The position numbers and the translations under genes were made by a program. Positions 28,571 through 42,105 of a DNA stretch of 64,000 bases are shown one piece after another. The first letter of the stretch is position 1. Every line of letters begins with the position of its first letter. Source of the DNA: Eledone cirrhosa. Taxonomy: Eukaryota. The notes under the pieces were generated by a model that was not told the origin of the DNA, did not search any database, and saw only the letters and a list, made by a program, of their open reading frames with translations. The stretch lies in NCBI GenBank assembly GCA_964016885.1, contig OZ024741.1:55428001-55492000 (forward strand). Direction: 5' to 3'.

Positions 28571-28841
28571 TCGAAATTTAACAAAGGAATATAATTGATG
28601 TGGATGAAAAGGCAGAGACTAGAAAGCGGCCTCACATTGAGCAGTTTCTAGTTGGGTCGGACGTCTTCAAGTATATAGGCTATATATATATATATATAAA
28701 TGTAAGTATGTATGTACACGTATATACATATATGTATACAGTCGTATAGTAGTATGTATATACATACATACATGCACACATATATACATTTAAGTACCAA
28801 CCGTACTAAGAGTGAGAAATGAAATTTCGTTTCATTCTTTT

Positions 28842-28878
<37 letters not shown>

Positions 28879-28992
28879 TATATAATGTATATATATATAT
28901 ATATATTTACATACATATACATATATATATATATATATATGTGTGTATATATATATACATACATATATGTGTGTATATATATATTCATTTAC

Positions 28993-29028
<36 letters not shown>

Positions 29029-29030
29029 TC

Positions 29031-29111
<81 letters not shown>

Positions 29112-29193
29112 TATATACATACTTATACATATATATATATGTATGTGTGTATATATATATACATACATATATGTGTGTATATATATATTCATT

Positions 29194-29289
<96 letters not shown>

Positions 29290-29290
<1 letters not shown>

Positions 29291-29836
29291 TTCATTTCTG
29301 AATTTGTTTAGCAAGATTCTTTATCTGAAAACGTGTGTTGAAACCGATATTGTTATACTTTGGGAGGGTCATGTTGCCAATAAGAAACACACGCACCAGT
29401 TGCTTTCACTTCAATTTATTATAATAAATTTATAAATTTAGGAATTTATAAATTTCTGGTTGGTTGGTTGGTTCCACAACCAGATAGTTGTTTATATATT
29501 GTCAAAGTTCTTTTGTCACACATTCTGTGACTTCTTCAGTGACTGGGGATTCTTTTCTTTGTTTTTGTGCCTCTCCTTTGTTCTGTCCTACGCCACTTTG
29601 TTTCTGTGTGTGTGTTGTGTCCTCAGTCTGCGCATGCGCCACATCCGGATGTGTGTGTGTGTTTATATTCGTTTATTTATTTGTTTATTTACATGTTACC
29701 GGTTGGTTGTTTGTTCTATGTGTGTGTATGTTTTCATTTTGTCCTTAATTGTAAGTTGTGATGTTGCTGTTCCACTCGTATTTTCTATTTAATTTTGGTT
29801 GTAATTCTTTTATTGTAATTCTTTTATGTTTATTGT
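29290..29836 (-). mobile_element. Truncated copy of the 2566-4492 PLE (ORF end + pLTR), HHR degenerate
   Basis: High similarity to 2566-3043 plus the extension seen at 4435-4492. The HHR at 29500-29544 has GAAA>AAAA. Confidence 0.9.
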
Positions 29837-30110
29837 ATATATTCATTTATATATATATATATATATATATAATCTTAGGGAAATTAACAAACAGAGCACA
29901 AGACAGCGAAAGAAAACTTAATAAATTAATTTTTTAAATATAAACACAAACGACACAGGGACCAGTATGTATATATGTTCACCCCTACCCCAACATATAT
30001 ATATATATATATATAAGTGGTTACTATTTCTGTTGTGTTACTATTTCTACTAAACTCGTCCCATAGACTGAGTGCTCTACCACTACGGATGTTACCTTCC
30101 AGTATTCAAC

Positions 30111-30192
<82 letters not shown>

Positions 30193-30210
30193 GGGGGGTG
30201 AGAGAGAGAT

Positions 30211-30253
<43 letters not shown>

Positions 30254-30499
30254 AACAAAATTAAAAGGTGTTGTACTGGTTGATGTGTAGACAATAAATT
30301 CACATGTTCAGGGAATGGACATACAAGGACATGTTTTAATTGTGAATTTGTACACACCTTAATTGATCAAGATATTTACTGACTGAGAAATTACGTTTAA
30401 CTGAAATAACAACGTTTACATATACATTTATATATATACTATCCAGGTAAAACTTGAACTGTTAAGATCTCGTTGCTGGATATGTCAATATTTATAAAA

Positions 30500-31494
30500 T
30501 AAACTTTGTATTTTATCTGATGAGAACATACCAAGGTTTTGGTACCCTTCAAATAATGTTGATATCAACAACAGCAATAAGAAAAGAAAGCGTAACAATC
30601 GACAAACTATCTGGTTCTCTCCTCCCTTCTCACTCAAGCTTAAAACCAATGTAGACAAAATATTTCTAGCCCTCTTAGATAGACACTTTCCCATAGGTCA
30701 TAAATACCGCTCCATCTTTAACTGACAGAAAGTAAAACTAGGATACTCCTGCGCTAAAAACACGAAGGCCCACATCACCAACAGCCCTAAGAGCAACACC
30801 CCACCAGGGTGCTCTTGTGGTAAGCCAGAAGCTTGTCCCCTACAACAACAATGCAACACACCCGCTGTAGTTTATGAAGCTCTGGTCACTTCCAACTGAC
30901 CAAATCAACCACAAGAGGTCAAATCCTATGTGGGTATGGCAGAGGGCCGATTTAAGGAACGCTTCCCGAACCACCAGTCGACCTTTAGGTACCCGGACAG
31001 ACGTTCATCCACGAAACTCGCGAGCCACGTATGGTCCCTCAAGGACTCAAGTATAGACTACTCCATTCAATGGAAGGCCAGCACTATGTCCAAGCCATAC
31101 GCAAGGGGAAATCCGTCGTGTGGACTATGTATTGATGAACGAATAAATATTCTAAAAAGATTATGCAATAGCGATTGCCTAAACACAAGAAATGAATTCT
31201 TAATACGTTGTCCACACGTCTCGAAACACCTCTTACGTAACTACAAAGCTCCGGATTGAATTACAACAGCATCCTAATTTTCTTATCAACTAGAAATTTT
31301 TTGGACTTTCGCAGTTATCTCCCTTACACGTCTCGCACGCATTTTAATATTGCCTGTGTGAAGTGATCGTTTCTGCGCATGCTTGTTCGAACGGTTGTCC
31401 TTCCTGTTCCGTATAACCATGTCCATTACGAGCTGAGGATCCGCTAAGGTGAAACAATTTTTCTCGGTATGGTGAACTAACTGTTGTGTAACCA

Positions 31495-31497
<3 letters not shown>
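30500..31497 (+). mobile_element. 5'-truncated Penelope-like element (GIY-YIG region + pLTR + HHR)
   Basis: Reading across stops: IWFSPPFS..FL.LLDRHFP..H....IFN..KVKLGYSC..CSC....CPL...C...VVYEA..SYVGMAEGRFKERF.NH..C.LC..E..LNTRNE...CPH. Confidence 0.85.
31429..31466 (+). ncRNA. Minimal hammerhead motif in the PLE pLTR
   Basis: CGAG-CTGAGGA-T-CC GCTAA GG-T-GAAA-CAATTT-TT-CTCG; stem III imperfect. Confidence 0.6.
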
Positions 31498-31548
<51 letters not shown>

Positions 31549-32098
31549 GAGAAGAATGAATACTGCGTGGTTGCACATGGGTTACATATAATAAAAATAG
31601 TCCTTTATCAGTGATTTTCCAACCTTCATTGGTATTACATCGCTTTAAAAATCATATACCTCCAGTTGGTGCGAGCAATAGCTAAATAAAGCTATTGGGA
31701 CAAGTAAATCGCGTAAAGCGAGCGAGATAAGTAAACAAACATAGAAGGATAGCAACGCAAAGATAGGAAAAAAACAAGCACATGGGAGTCCGATCAGCTT
31801 AAGCTGTGTGGATTTCATGAGCGAGAGAAACAGCAGACCGTCCGACGCGAGTGAGGTGTGAGCAAGAAAGGACCCCACTTCAGGCCAAACGGGAGATATT
31901 TATATATATATATATATATATAAACGCTTATATATATATATAAACGCTTATATATTGTTTTGGTTGCCAACTCTGTGCAAGGCGCTTTAGATCATTGGCT
32001 GGGCTAAAAAGACCCATTCGATCGCAGCACGGTTAATTGTTATTGTGTGTGTGTGTGTAGTGTATTTGTATATATAGATATGTATATGTTTATATGTA

Positions 32099-32130
<32 letters not shown>

Positions 32131-32831
32131 GGATAGAAACTAAGGAAAGAAACCTCGGCAATCTTAGAATTAAGGAAGCACTAATTATAGATAAAACACA
32201 ACCACCAATCAATAATAGACTAGAACATTTATAACCTGATAGGGCTTCTAGCCCCATATTAACACACCCCACACACACACACGCACGCGCACGCACACCC
32301 GCTTACACCTCCACTTATTCTCTCTCACACATACACACACATAACCAGTTCTAACACCAGATAACACCTATCCCCCACATTTACGAATAGATTTATCTTC
32401 TCACACTCACACACACACACTCACATACTTACACCTTCATGCATTCTCCCACACACTTAAACAGGCATGTAAATATAAAAATTAAAAAAAACCCTAAACA
32501 AACCCCTTTTAAAGGGAGACTACTCTTTATCCACCTAATTTTAACTCTTTGACATTAGAGATAGAACAGATACTCTATACTATTTCCTGTCAGCATGGCT
32601 TGGCAAGATATTTAGAACGCTAGTTTGAGACCTTTATTTCCCTCTGAAGAAGAGATATTATCTCGAAAATTAAGGACATTTAAATAAATCTAAGGTAAAA
32701 GACGAATCAACAATATCTTTTGCAATTGCATTCTTTTTTCTATGTCCATACCTGCATTGTTTTGGCTTTATTATACATATTCAAACGTTTATACCTCATT
32801 ACACAATGCTTCAAGTGAACTATAACCTCCT

Positions 32832-32835
<4 letters not shown>
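32131..32835 (+). mobile_element. Heavily 5'-truncated Penelope/Poseidon-like element (missed by the ORF track)
   Basis: 32133-32234 translates to IETKERNLGNLRIKEALIIDKTQPPINNRLEHL* (GIY-YIG terminal motif). HHR at 32641-32675. (AT)n on both sides. Confidence 0.75.
32641..32675 (+). ncRNA. Minimal type I hammerhead ribozyme
   Basis: CCT-CTGAAGA-A-GAGAT ATT ATCTC-GAAA-AT-TA-AGG. Confidence 0.65.
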
Positions 32836-32885
<50 letters not shown>

Positions 32886-33058
32886 CGTCCCTTCACGCAC
32901 AAGGCGCCAAGGTACGCATGTATTGTCCAACCAAGTGCCAGTGTGGTTCAATGGCGGGTTAATAAATTAACAAGCCAGAACAAATATAAACAAGGTTTAG
33001 TAAATAATGAAAAAGTTTCAAAATAAATTTTAAAAAATTGACTTTACCTACTATAGTT

Positions 33059-33142
33059 ACCTTTACCGATCGGTTTCGAATCCCAAAAATAAAACGGAGA
33101 CCATACGGCCTTCGTTGCAAAGAGAGATTCTCGTCAGAAGGT
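33059..33142 (-). ncRNA. Type I hammerhead ribozyme (inverted copy)
   Basis: Reverse complement of 33552-33635. Confidence 0.85.
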
Positions 33143-33551
33143 TCTTTTCATTCAAAGAATATAAAATTCCTGAATTTAAATCACAAACTAGCGCTATCAA
33201 AGACTGTTCCTTAAACCTTGTTTATATTTGTTCTGGCTCGTTAATTTATTAACCCGCCATTGAACCACACTGGCACTTGGTTGGACAATACATGCGTACC
33301 TTGGCGCCTTGTGCGTGAAGGGACGTATTTCATATTACTACTACCTCCACAAACGTTGAGAACAAACCGGGTCATTCCGACTGCTGCTGACAACAGCGGT
33401 GGCTAGTTTGACCTACCTCCTTTTGCCTCTATCTTTACTACGGCCCTTGATAAACCTGTTCTACATCATCCACTCTCATCCCAGGAACAGTCTTTGATAG
33501 CGCTAGTTTGTGATTTAAATTCAGGAATTTTATATTCTTTGAATGAAAAGA

Positions 33552-33635
33552 ACCTTCTGACGAGAATCTCTCTTTGCAACGAAGGCCGTATGGTCTCCGT
33601 TTTATTTTTGGGATTCGAAACCGATCGGTAAAGGT
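33552..33635 (+). ncRNA. Type I hammerhead ribozyme, intact core
   Basis: ACCTT-CTGACGA-GAATCTC..GGGATTC-GAAA-CCG AT CGG-TA-AAGGT; GUA triplet. Confidence 0.85.
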
Positions 33636-33702
33636 AACTATAGTAGGTAAAGTCAATTTTTTAAAATTTATTTTGAAACTTTTTCATTATTTACTAAACC
33701 TT

Positions 33703-33743
<41 letters not shown>

Positions 33744-34248
33744 AATTTTAGTACAGCATTAACGAAGCTTTTGGCTGCGGCTAAGCTAACGAATGCAGAT
33801 TCGGAATGCAGCTTAGCACTCGGTGTAGAATAATACCCCAGAGTTATAACAATACGTTTAGACAGCTTTGCAAATCAAATATAGCGACCGACAGTCCAGC
33901 CACATTGCCATAGCAACGAACAAAACTGAACTCAGGAAAAAAGTTGACTGACCTGGACCATGACGTAGACATAGAATGCAACATATAACGCATAACGTAT
34001 AGCATACAATATACATCACATATAACTTACAACATCCACGCTAGGTTTCTGTAAATCCGAGATCGACTAATTCCGCTTGCAGGGGTCTGCAAGTTAATGG
34101 CCTTTGACGACAGAACAAAGGATTTACTTTATCAACAAGTATTGCGTTCTATAGCCTCGGCTTGTGTGTTTTCTAGCATTAATTTTCGCTATAGGCACGT
34201 GGTTTTCTCAAAGGGAGGTAACCCCCATATATATATACATACATATAT

Positions 34249-34348
34249 GAGGTTGACTTTGCCTCTCATCCTTACGGGGTCGATAAAATAAAGTACCAGT
34301 AATACACTGGGTATTTGCTGGCTTTGTGCCTAAAGTAGAAACAATTAT
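34249..34348 (+). mobile_element. SINE family 1, 5'-truncated
   Basis: Same body and GTAGAAACAATTATT end. Confidence 0.8.
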
Positions 34349-34370
34349 TCTTCTTCTTCTTATTATTATT

Positions 34371-37300
34371 ACAGCTGCATTTATCTTGCTTTATGTTCAT
34401 ACGAGTTATCACCAAGTCACAACCAGTGACCTCAAGAGACAACAAGGTCCGCCATGTTCAAGAAAGAACATACATATTCACACATGCATATTTAGGTGTT
34501 TAGACTTGTGATGTACTTATATTGACAGAATCTTCCTTAGTATATGGGCAGTTCCCATTAGTACTATCTTTTGTATTTCTCCTATACGCGGGTTTCCTGG
34601 GATTTGCGGTAAGTAATCATTAGACCCCTTAGGTATCATTCCTAGAGCGCCTACAACCACTGGTATTGTTTTAGTTCTCAATTTCCACATTTTTCCAATT
34701 TCTATCTCCAGGTCCTTATACTTGCTCAATTTTTCAAATGTTTTTATAGATACATTCTTGTCTATTGGAACAGACATATCAATTAGCAGGCATATCCTCT
34801 TTTTAAAGTCCTTCAATATTATATCAGGTCTATTTGCATCTATTTTTCGGTCTGTTTGGATGCTAAAGTTCCACAAGATTGAGATGTGATCTTTTTCAAG
34901 TATGGGAGGTGGTTCATGCTCCCACCAATTCTTTTGATGGGGCAGGTCAAAATGCTTACACATTATCCAATGTATGTATTGTGCAGCTCTGTCGTGCCTG
35001 TTTAGGTATTCGGTTGGATCTATAGGACTGCACATTGAAATTATATGGTCAATGGTCTCTGGTTGTTTTTTACATACACGGCACAATGGGCTGCATCCAT
35101 TTTTTATTATGTTGGCTTGGTAATTTTTTGTTGGCAGACACTGATCTTGTGCTGATATAATCAGTCCTTGAGTCTCCGATTTCAGTCCAGAGGATGCCAA
35201 CCACTGATGGGTTAAAGTTTTGTCAACATCAGGATTGTTAGCTCGTTCTGGGTATTTTCCATACAGAGGCTTTTCTTGCCATTTCTTAGCCAGTTTCTGT
35301 AGCAGTTCTTTCTTTGCAGTTACTTTTACCTGCTTTGCTTTTTTCTGTGTTTTCCATTTCAGCAGTAAATGGGACTTCTGAAATGTGTAGTCCATTACTG
35401 TATCTTTGTGCATCTTTTGTAATGGAGTATGATCTTTTGATGCTTTCGTGTTTGAAAACGAGTTTGATCATCCAATCATGTGATTCCCTTAGATATGTAG
35501 ATAATCCAATTGTTGCAGTTTTCAACGCAATGTCTAACTGGATTAACCCACGTCCTTTTTCTTTCCTAGGGAGATATATTCTATCTGTATCTGCCTTAGG
35601 GTGATGCATTCTGTGCATGGTTAAGAATTTTCTAATTTTTGTATCGAGCCTACGGATCTCTGTGCTTGACCAGTTGATGACATTGTAACTGTAGGTTACT
35701 ACTGGTATGGCAAGCGTGTTTATGGCATCGATCCTATTCCTTGCATTCAATTCCGTTCTTAAGATTGCTCTTACTCTGCGGTAACATTCCTTCTTTATCC
35801 TTTCCCTCATTGTCGAGTGCTTGATTCCGTCTCCTTCACAAACACCTAGATAGTTGTAAGTTTCCTCTTGATCAAGTTCTCTTATCACATTCCCTCGATC
35901 AAGATTAATGTCTGAACTTTTCAGCAGCTTTGCTCTGGTGAACGTTGCTTTGGCGCATTTATCTAGTCCAAACTCCATTTTAATGTCATCACTGAACTGC
36001 TCCACAGTGGATAATAGCCCTTGCAATTGTTCATCATTTTTTGCAAATAGTTTCAGGTCATCCATGTAGAACAAGTGATTAATGATTTTGTCATAGACTT
36101 TATATCCATGTTTTGTTTCATTGAGCATTTTACTTAATGGTATAAGTGCGATGCAGAATAAAAGCGGTGATAAAGAGTCACCCTGAAAAATTCCACAATT
36201 AATATTAACTTCTCCAGCTTCCAGTGATTTTGTTTCACTATTCAAAAGGAGTGTCGTTTTCCATGTCTTCATACTGAATGACAAAAACCTTCTGACAACG
36301 GGGGATATTTTGAAAATCTCTAAACATTTTTCAATCCAACTGTGTGGCAAACTATCGAATGCTTTTTTATAATCTATCCAAGCAATTGATAGATTTTTGT
36401 GTCTATTATGACAATCTTCCAGTATCATTTTGTTAACCAAAAGCTGATCCTTACAGCCATATGAGCCTCGTTTACACCCTTTCTGCTCAATGGGAAATAG
36501 GTCATTTGTTATCAGGTGGTCATATGTGTATTCAGTTAGGACTGATGTTAAAATGTTATACATTGTGGTCAAGCAAGTTATCGGTCTGTAATTTTTGGGA
36601 TTGTTTGTCTCATCATTCTTCGGAAGCAGGAATGTAATGCCGTTAACTAGCCATGATGGTATCTTTTCTGGCTCCTTAACTATTTCATTGTAAAGTTGGG
36701 CTAACAGCTCATGAGACTGTGAAGGCATTTATCCAAAAATTTTGTATTTTGTCTTTTCCTGGGGATTTCCATTTGCTGGTTTTTCTTAGAGCCAAGCGCA
36801 ACTGTTCAACTGTTATATTTTCCCATATTTGTTCCTCAAGGTGAGCTGTATCTTTTATTTGTCTGTCTATCCATGGGGCATGTATATTATGAACTTTTTC
36901 TTCGGCCCAGATCTTTTCCCAGAATTCTTGCACTTCCTCCTTGGGTGGTATTGATTTAGCAGTTATTGTTGACTTACCAATTTTTCTGTAGAAGTTTCTT
37001 TCGTTGGTTTTGAACATATTATTGTCCTTATAGAATCTAGATCGTTTTTCAAAGCGCCTTATACGAGCAGCTTTGGCCGACACTTTTAGCTTGATTATTT
37101 CTATCAGCATGCCTATGTCACTTGTTGGTTTTATACTGTACTTTCTTTTCAATTTTTTAAGTTTAGTTTGTTTAACATGTTCACCTACTTTATAGCTTTT
37201 TAAAATTTCTGTCAGATCGGAGAAGGTTTATTTGGCGATTGATGTTCTCTTGCCAAGTAGATTTCTTGTGGGAATTCCTTTGTTTTTTCATCTTCACTGC

Positions 37301-37620
37301 ACATAAGGTGACTTTAGCCGATGCATAATAGAGATGATTTAAATCAGTAATGTTTAGTTTGTTTGTGATGATAATGTTTTAGAGAATTATGTTAGTCTTG
37401 TGTATTATCATTTGGATCTGTTTGGCGTTCTTGATTTTAGGGAGGGTGTCTCGTTCCCCTATGTCAGATTTTTTCATTTCATCCATTCGATCATAATTTC
37501 ATCCTTCAAGTTGGCAAGTTCATTCTCATTCATTTCTTTATCATTTACGATCTCATTATTTTCATTTGGAGTTTCATCTTGAGCATGCACTCCCTCCACT
37601 TTTTCGATCCTTTCTTTAAT
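34371..37620 (-). mobile_element. R4/Dong-like non-LTR retrotransposon, family A, 5'-truncated and frameshifted
   Basis: RT (NYRPITCL, IDYKKAFD, GIFQGDSLSP, YMDD), CRVC..ET.DHI...C knuckle and RLE (RPD..D..K..KY) in ORFs 34517-37152. (TAA)n at both ends. Confidence 0.92.
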
Positions 37621-37646
37621 TTATTATTATTTCGATCCTTTCTTTA

Positions 37647-37683
<37 letters not shown>

Positions 37684-37824
37684 GTTATTTTATTTCAACC
37701 TCTGTTTTTTTACACGCAGAAATGCCCATTTGTACCGTCCTGTATTGTCCTGTACTGTCCTTAATGTCTACTTTATGTGAACCCTTGTGGTTAATAAAGA
37801 AAACATTATTATTATTATTATTAT
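37684..37824 (+). mobile_element. 3'-terminal ~125-bp fragment of the Tx1-like LINE with (ATT)n tail
   Basis: Nearly identical to 58288-58410. Confidence 0.9.
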
Positions 37825-37828
37825 AATA

Positions 37829-38017
37829 GAGGGCGGTGGATTGGCAGTATCGGTAGAAGGTCGGACGCCATGCTTCGACGCATAGAGTTACGGCCCTTGC
37901 CATTCTGAGTTCAAATCCCGCTGAGGTTAACTTTGCCTCTCATCCTTACGGGGTCGATAAAATAAAGTACCAGTAATGCACTGGGTAATTGCTGGCCTTG
38001 TGCCAAAAGTAGAAACA

Positions 38018-38020
<3 letters not shown>
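37829..38020 (+). mobile_element. SINE family 1, full length, long (ATT)n tail
   Basis: Box A TGGCAGTATCGG, box B GAGTTCAAATCC; tail runs to ~38088. Confidence 0.88.
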
Positions 38021-38089
<69 letters not shown>

Positions 38090-38107
38090 GTTGTTGTTGT
38101 TGTTATT

Positions 38108-41100
38108 ACTCTTTGAGTCTCAGTCATTGATGTTAGTTAACTGGAAAGTTTGTTGAAATGAATATCAAGCCACTACCTGCAGCCTCAGATATTCAGGACG
38201 TACCGGAGGGTTCTTGCTGTTCCCAGCAAGCATGCCTTTTGAAGCGTTCCAAAAAGCGTGAAGGGGCCAATTTTCTTTAACCATCCCTGGAATCTTTTTG
38301 AGATGGTCCCTAGTGCGCCTATGACAATCGGGATCACTTTGACTTCATGGCAGTTCCAAATCCTTTTTACCTCTCACTTTAAGTCCTGGTATCGGTTAAT
38401 TTTCTCCCTCTCCTTCTCTTGCACTCTCGTGTCGAATGGGCAGGCCACATCCACAATCAGGCACGATCTTTTTTCTTTGTCCACAACCACCAGGTCAGGT
38501 CTATTGTGTTCCAGTTTCTTGTCCGTCTGTATCCTAAAATCCCACAGCACCTTCACCTGATCGTTTTCTATCACCGCCTCTGGCTTATGCTCATACCACT
38601 TCTCAGAATGTGGTAAATTGTTTAGTTTTCATAGATGCTAGTGGATCACCCTGCCCATCACATCATGTTTCCAGCCCTTATAGTGAGTCTGGGCTAGGTG
38701 TTTACACTCGGATACAATGTGAGCCACAGTCTCCTCTCTCTCTCTCCACAGATCCTGCACAGTGGGCTAGCCTCCTCCTTGTAAATATGGTGTTTCAACC
38801 ACTTCGTTTTGAGGGCCTGCTCCTGCGCAGCCATTAACATTCCTTCTGTAGCCTTTTTAAGGTCTCCTCTTTTCAACCAGTTCCATGTCTGTGGATCTCT
38901 AAATTCAGTTTTCTCGAAGAAGGTACTATGAAGGGATTTTTCCTGAAGGCTGCTCTTTCTCCTTGATGTTATTTCCTCCTTGGACATCCCCTGGCCTATT
39001 GTCCCCTCCTTCAGTACAGTTCTGAACATTGGCTCCTTACTATCAGTCACGTATTTGTGTAGGTTGTTTTTCTCCATCTGAACACAGTCCTCTATGCTGA
39101 TAAGACCTCTTCCACCCTCAGATCTCCTTAAGTAGAGTCTATCGACATCACTCCTCTTGTGGAACATGTTGTAGATAGTCAATAGCTCCTAGTCTTCCTA
39201 TCCATTTCTTTCTGTTCAGCAACATTCCATCTCAGAATTCCCGCACTGTATCTAATAATAAACACAGCTCGGGAATTTACTGCACTTATGGCATTCCTAC
39301 TGTTCAGATGTGACTTTAATACGCTCCTTACTCTCCGAATGTATTCAGTTCTTATCAATTCCTTCATTTTTTTTGTTCTTGATGTCATCAGCCTCCAGAA
39401 CGCCCAAATACTTGTATCCTTCTTCAGAGTCAATTTCCTTTATCATCTCACCCGTTGGTACCTGGATTCCGTTACTTCTGCTCAACTTACCACTCTTCAT
39501 CACAATGACTCCACACTTACCAATACCAAATTGCATACATATATCATTGGTGAAAATACGGACAGTGTCAACAAACACATCCAACTCCTTCTCATTCTTC
39601 CCGAAGAGCTTAAGATCGTCCATGAAGAGGAGGTGATTGATGGTAAGCCCTCTCTTTCCCAACCTGTATCCTGCTCTCACTTTTCGCAGTACACTGGTTA
39701 GGGGCATCAGAGCATGGACAAACAACAGAGGGGACAGACTATCTCCCTGGAAGATACCTCTCTTGATCTTCACGCTTCCCAAGGATTCTCCAGTTGATGT
39801 TAACTCTGTTTCCCAGGACTTCATACTTTTGCCCAACATCTGTCTGATGTTATCTGCCACCTTGAAGATCTCCAGGCTTTTGGTGATCCAAGAATGAGGC
39901 ACCATGTCAAATGCCTTTTTGTAGTCTATCCATCCCATGGCAAGACCAGTGTGTCTCCTCTTGCAATTCCTCATTACCATCTTATCAATAAGTAACTGGT
40001 CCTTTGTACCACGTGACTTCTTTCGGCATCCTTTCTGTTCGTCCGGTAACAAGTTGTTTGTGTGGAGGTGATGGTAGATTTCCTCAGACATAATGCTTGT
40101 CAACAGTTTCCACATTACGGACAGACATGTGATAGGTCTATAGTTGGTAACATCATTACCCTTGATTCGGTCTTTCATTATCAGAACTGTGGTACCTTTT
40201 GTCAACCACTCTGGTACCTCACCTGACATCAAGCAGTCATTGAACATGGTTGTCAGTTTCGGGTGGAGGGATGTTATATTTTTAATCCAATACCCCTGCA
40301 CACCATCTGGGCCTGGTGATTTCCAGTTGGTTAGTTTTTTGGCCTGCCACTAAGAGTTTCAACTGTGATACTCAAATCAGTTTGTTGGTGTGCCTGTTCA
40401 CTAATCTCCTTCTGTACTGTCTCAATCCACACTGCCTAGTCATTATGTTTAACATACTGCTCCCATATTCCTCTCCAGAATGTTTTAGTTTGTTCCGCCT
40501 CAGGGATCAAGTCGTTGCCTCTTTCTTTCCCTTCAAGCTGTCCAAACAGCATCTTCTGGTTGTTGTCGAACAAGCGGTTCTGTCTATACTGGCTGACTCT
40601 GTTCTCGTATCGCCTGATTTTTGCACTCTTTGCTACAATGCGTTGCTTCAGTTCCTCTATGATAATATTTAGCTTTTTCCTCCTAGTTTTGTACTTTATT
40701 TCCAGTCTATTTTTAGTGTCTATGTTTTTTAGTGTCCCATTCAGTAGTGACTCAAGCTTTCCAATGTCATTTCTCATTTCCCTGATTTGACCACTCAGTC
40801 GTTTCTCCCACCAAGGCTCTGCTCTTTCTTGTCCGTTGTTTCCTCTCGCTTTTATACCAAGTAGTTTCCTCACCGTATTTGCTGTTGCTTTGAGGATATT
40901 GTTGCACTGGTGAAGGTTCCTCGCCTCAACGTATGGGATGACTTTGTTTACCTTAGCTGTTGTTTCTTTTTACTTTTTCTTGTCTACAAATCTTAGGTTC
41001 ATAGGTCTCCCACTATCATTGTTCAATTCATCTACCACTACGTTTAGGATATCAACCAAATCTTGTCCTAGCCTATCAGCATTCATCTCCTCACTGGCCG

Positions 41101-41735
41101 TATCTCTGTTCCAGGTATTATTTATCTCAGCATTCAGATCATTGTCTGCTTCGGGTGGTTCCTCCATTCTCTCGACCTCTTCACCTTCATTTCCCACTGG
41201 CTCGTTTGCCTGTCATACTCCACTCTCCATCTCCAAGCTAATCTCTCTGCTCAGTTCCTCCAGTTCCAGCTCGCTTATCCACACATTAGTTCTTATTACC
41301 CGAGCCTGCCCGGCCAGTTTTTGTTCATCTAATTTAAATAGACCAATCTCGTTCCAGATGTTATGCATCCGTTTCCTATAGCCTTTCTCCTTGGGGTTAC
41401 TCTTCAGGTAACAATGCATAACAGTTCTATTCAATTCTTTCGTCCAGTTGGTTCTGGTCCCTTTCCTTCTTCTTCTTCCTCCGACACCAGCAGTATTTGG
41501 TTGACAGCCAGGTCCCTGCTGCTGAGCCAGGGAGCACCTGTTGGGTGAGAGTCTGTCACATGACATTCTAGTCTCCATTTCACCGTTATTCGAACTGTTT
41601 AGGTTCGACATTTAAACACTCTTATCGAGGATTGGCGAATGTATGGTTACATAACCACCAGTGAATTCATCGTCTCCGGTGGTTCCCTCACTCCACGTGA
41701 TTTTTGTGTGGCATTATCACGCTGTAGACGAACAT
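38108..41735 (-). mobile_element. R4/Dong-like non-LTR retrotransposon, family B, near full length with multiple frameshifts
   Basis: Broken ORF 38185-41611: WTKELN..VM.CY N-terminus, RT (FMDD), CRIC..E, NRPD..DVACP..KINRYQDL. Confidence 0.9.
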
Positions 41736-42061
41736 AAATAAACAAACAAACAAACAGGCAAAAAAACCAAAAAAAGAAACCCCAAAAATGAATAAGCATA
41801 AGTTTCATTGTAATGTAGTGTTTGAATGTCCCTTCTCTGTCCGTCTGTTTGTTTTTCTCTTCATTCTTATTTTCTTTACGTTTTTCGTTGTTGCTGTGCT
41901 GCTTTGATTTTGATTTTTGTTTTTTTGATTTTGACCGGGTCATCAATTCAGTCTATTTATATATTTTGATGCCTTCCTCTTTTAGTGGGGGTTCTACGAT
42001 GTAGCAGGGGGTAGCGGGAGAGAATAGCGGCGGTAGTGATAATGATAATGAGGCAGTGGTG

Positions 42062-42103
<42 letters not shown>

Positions 42104-42105
<2 letters not shown>

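Larger units (their letters stand above)
32879..33710. mobile_element. Non-coding retrozyme-like element: one permuted 483-bp monomer (+, 33212-33710) plus an inverted partial copy (-, 32879-33211)
   Basis: TAAACCTTGTTTATAT repeats at 33212 and 33695. 32879-33000 inverts 33212-33333, and ~32985-33210 inverts ~33484-33710. Confidence 0.75.

Noticed and set aside
30724-30900. In-frame TGA codons in the PLE ORF as selenocysteine recoding (as in Naiad PLEs)
   Set aside because: The TGAs are not at conserved Cys positions and fit CGA/other decay in a truncated copy. The endonuclease is C-terminal, unlike Naiad.
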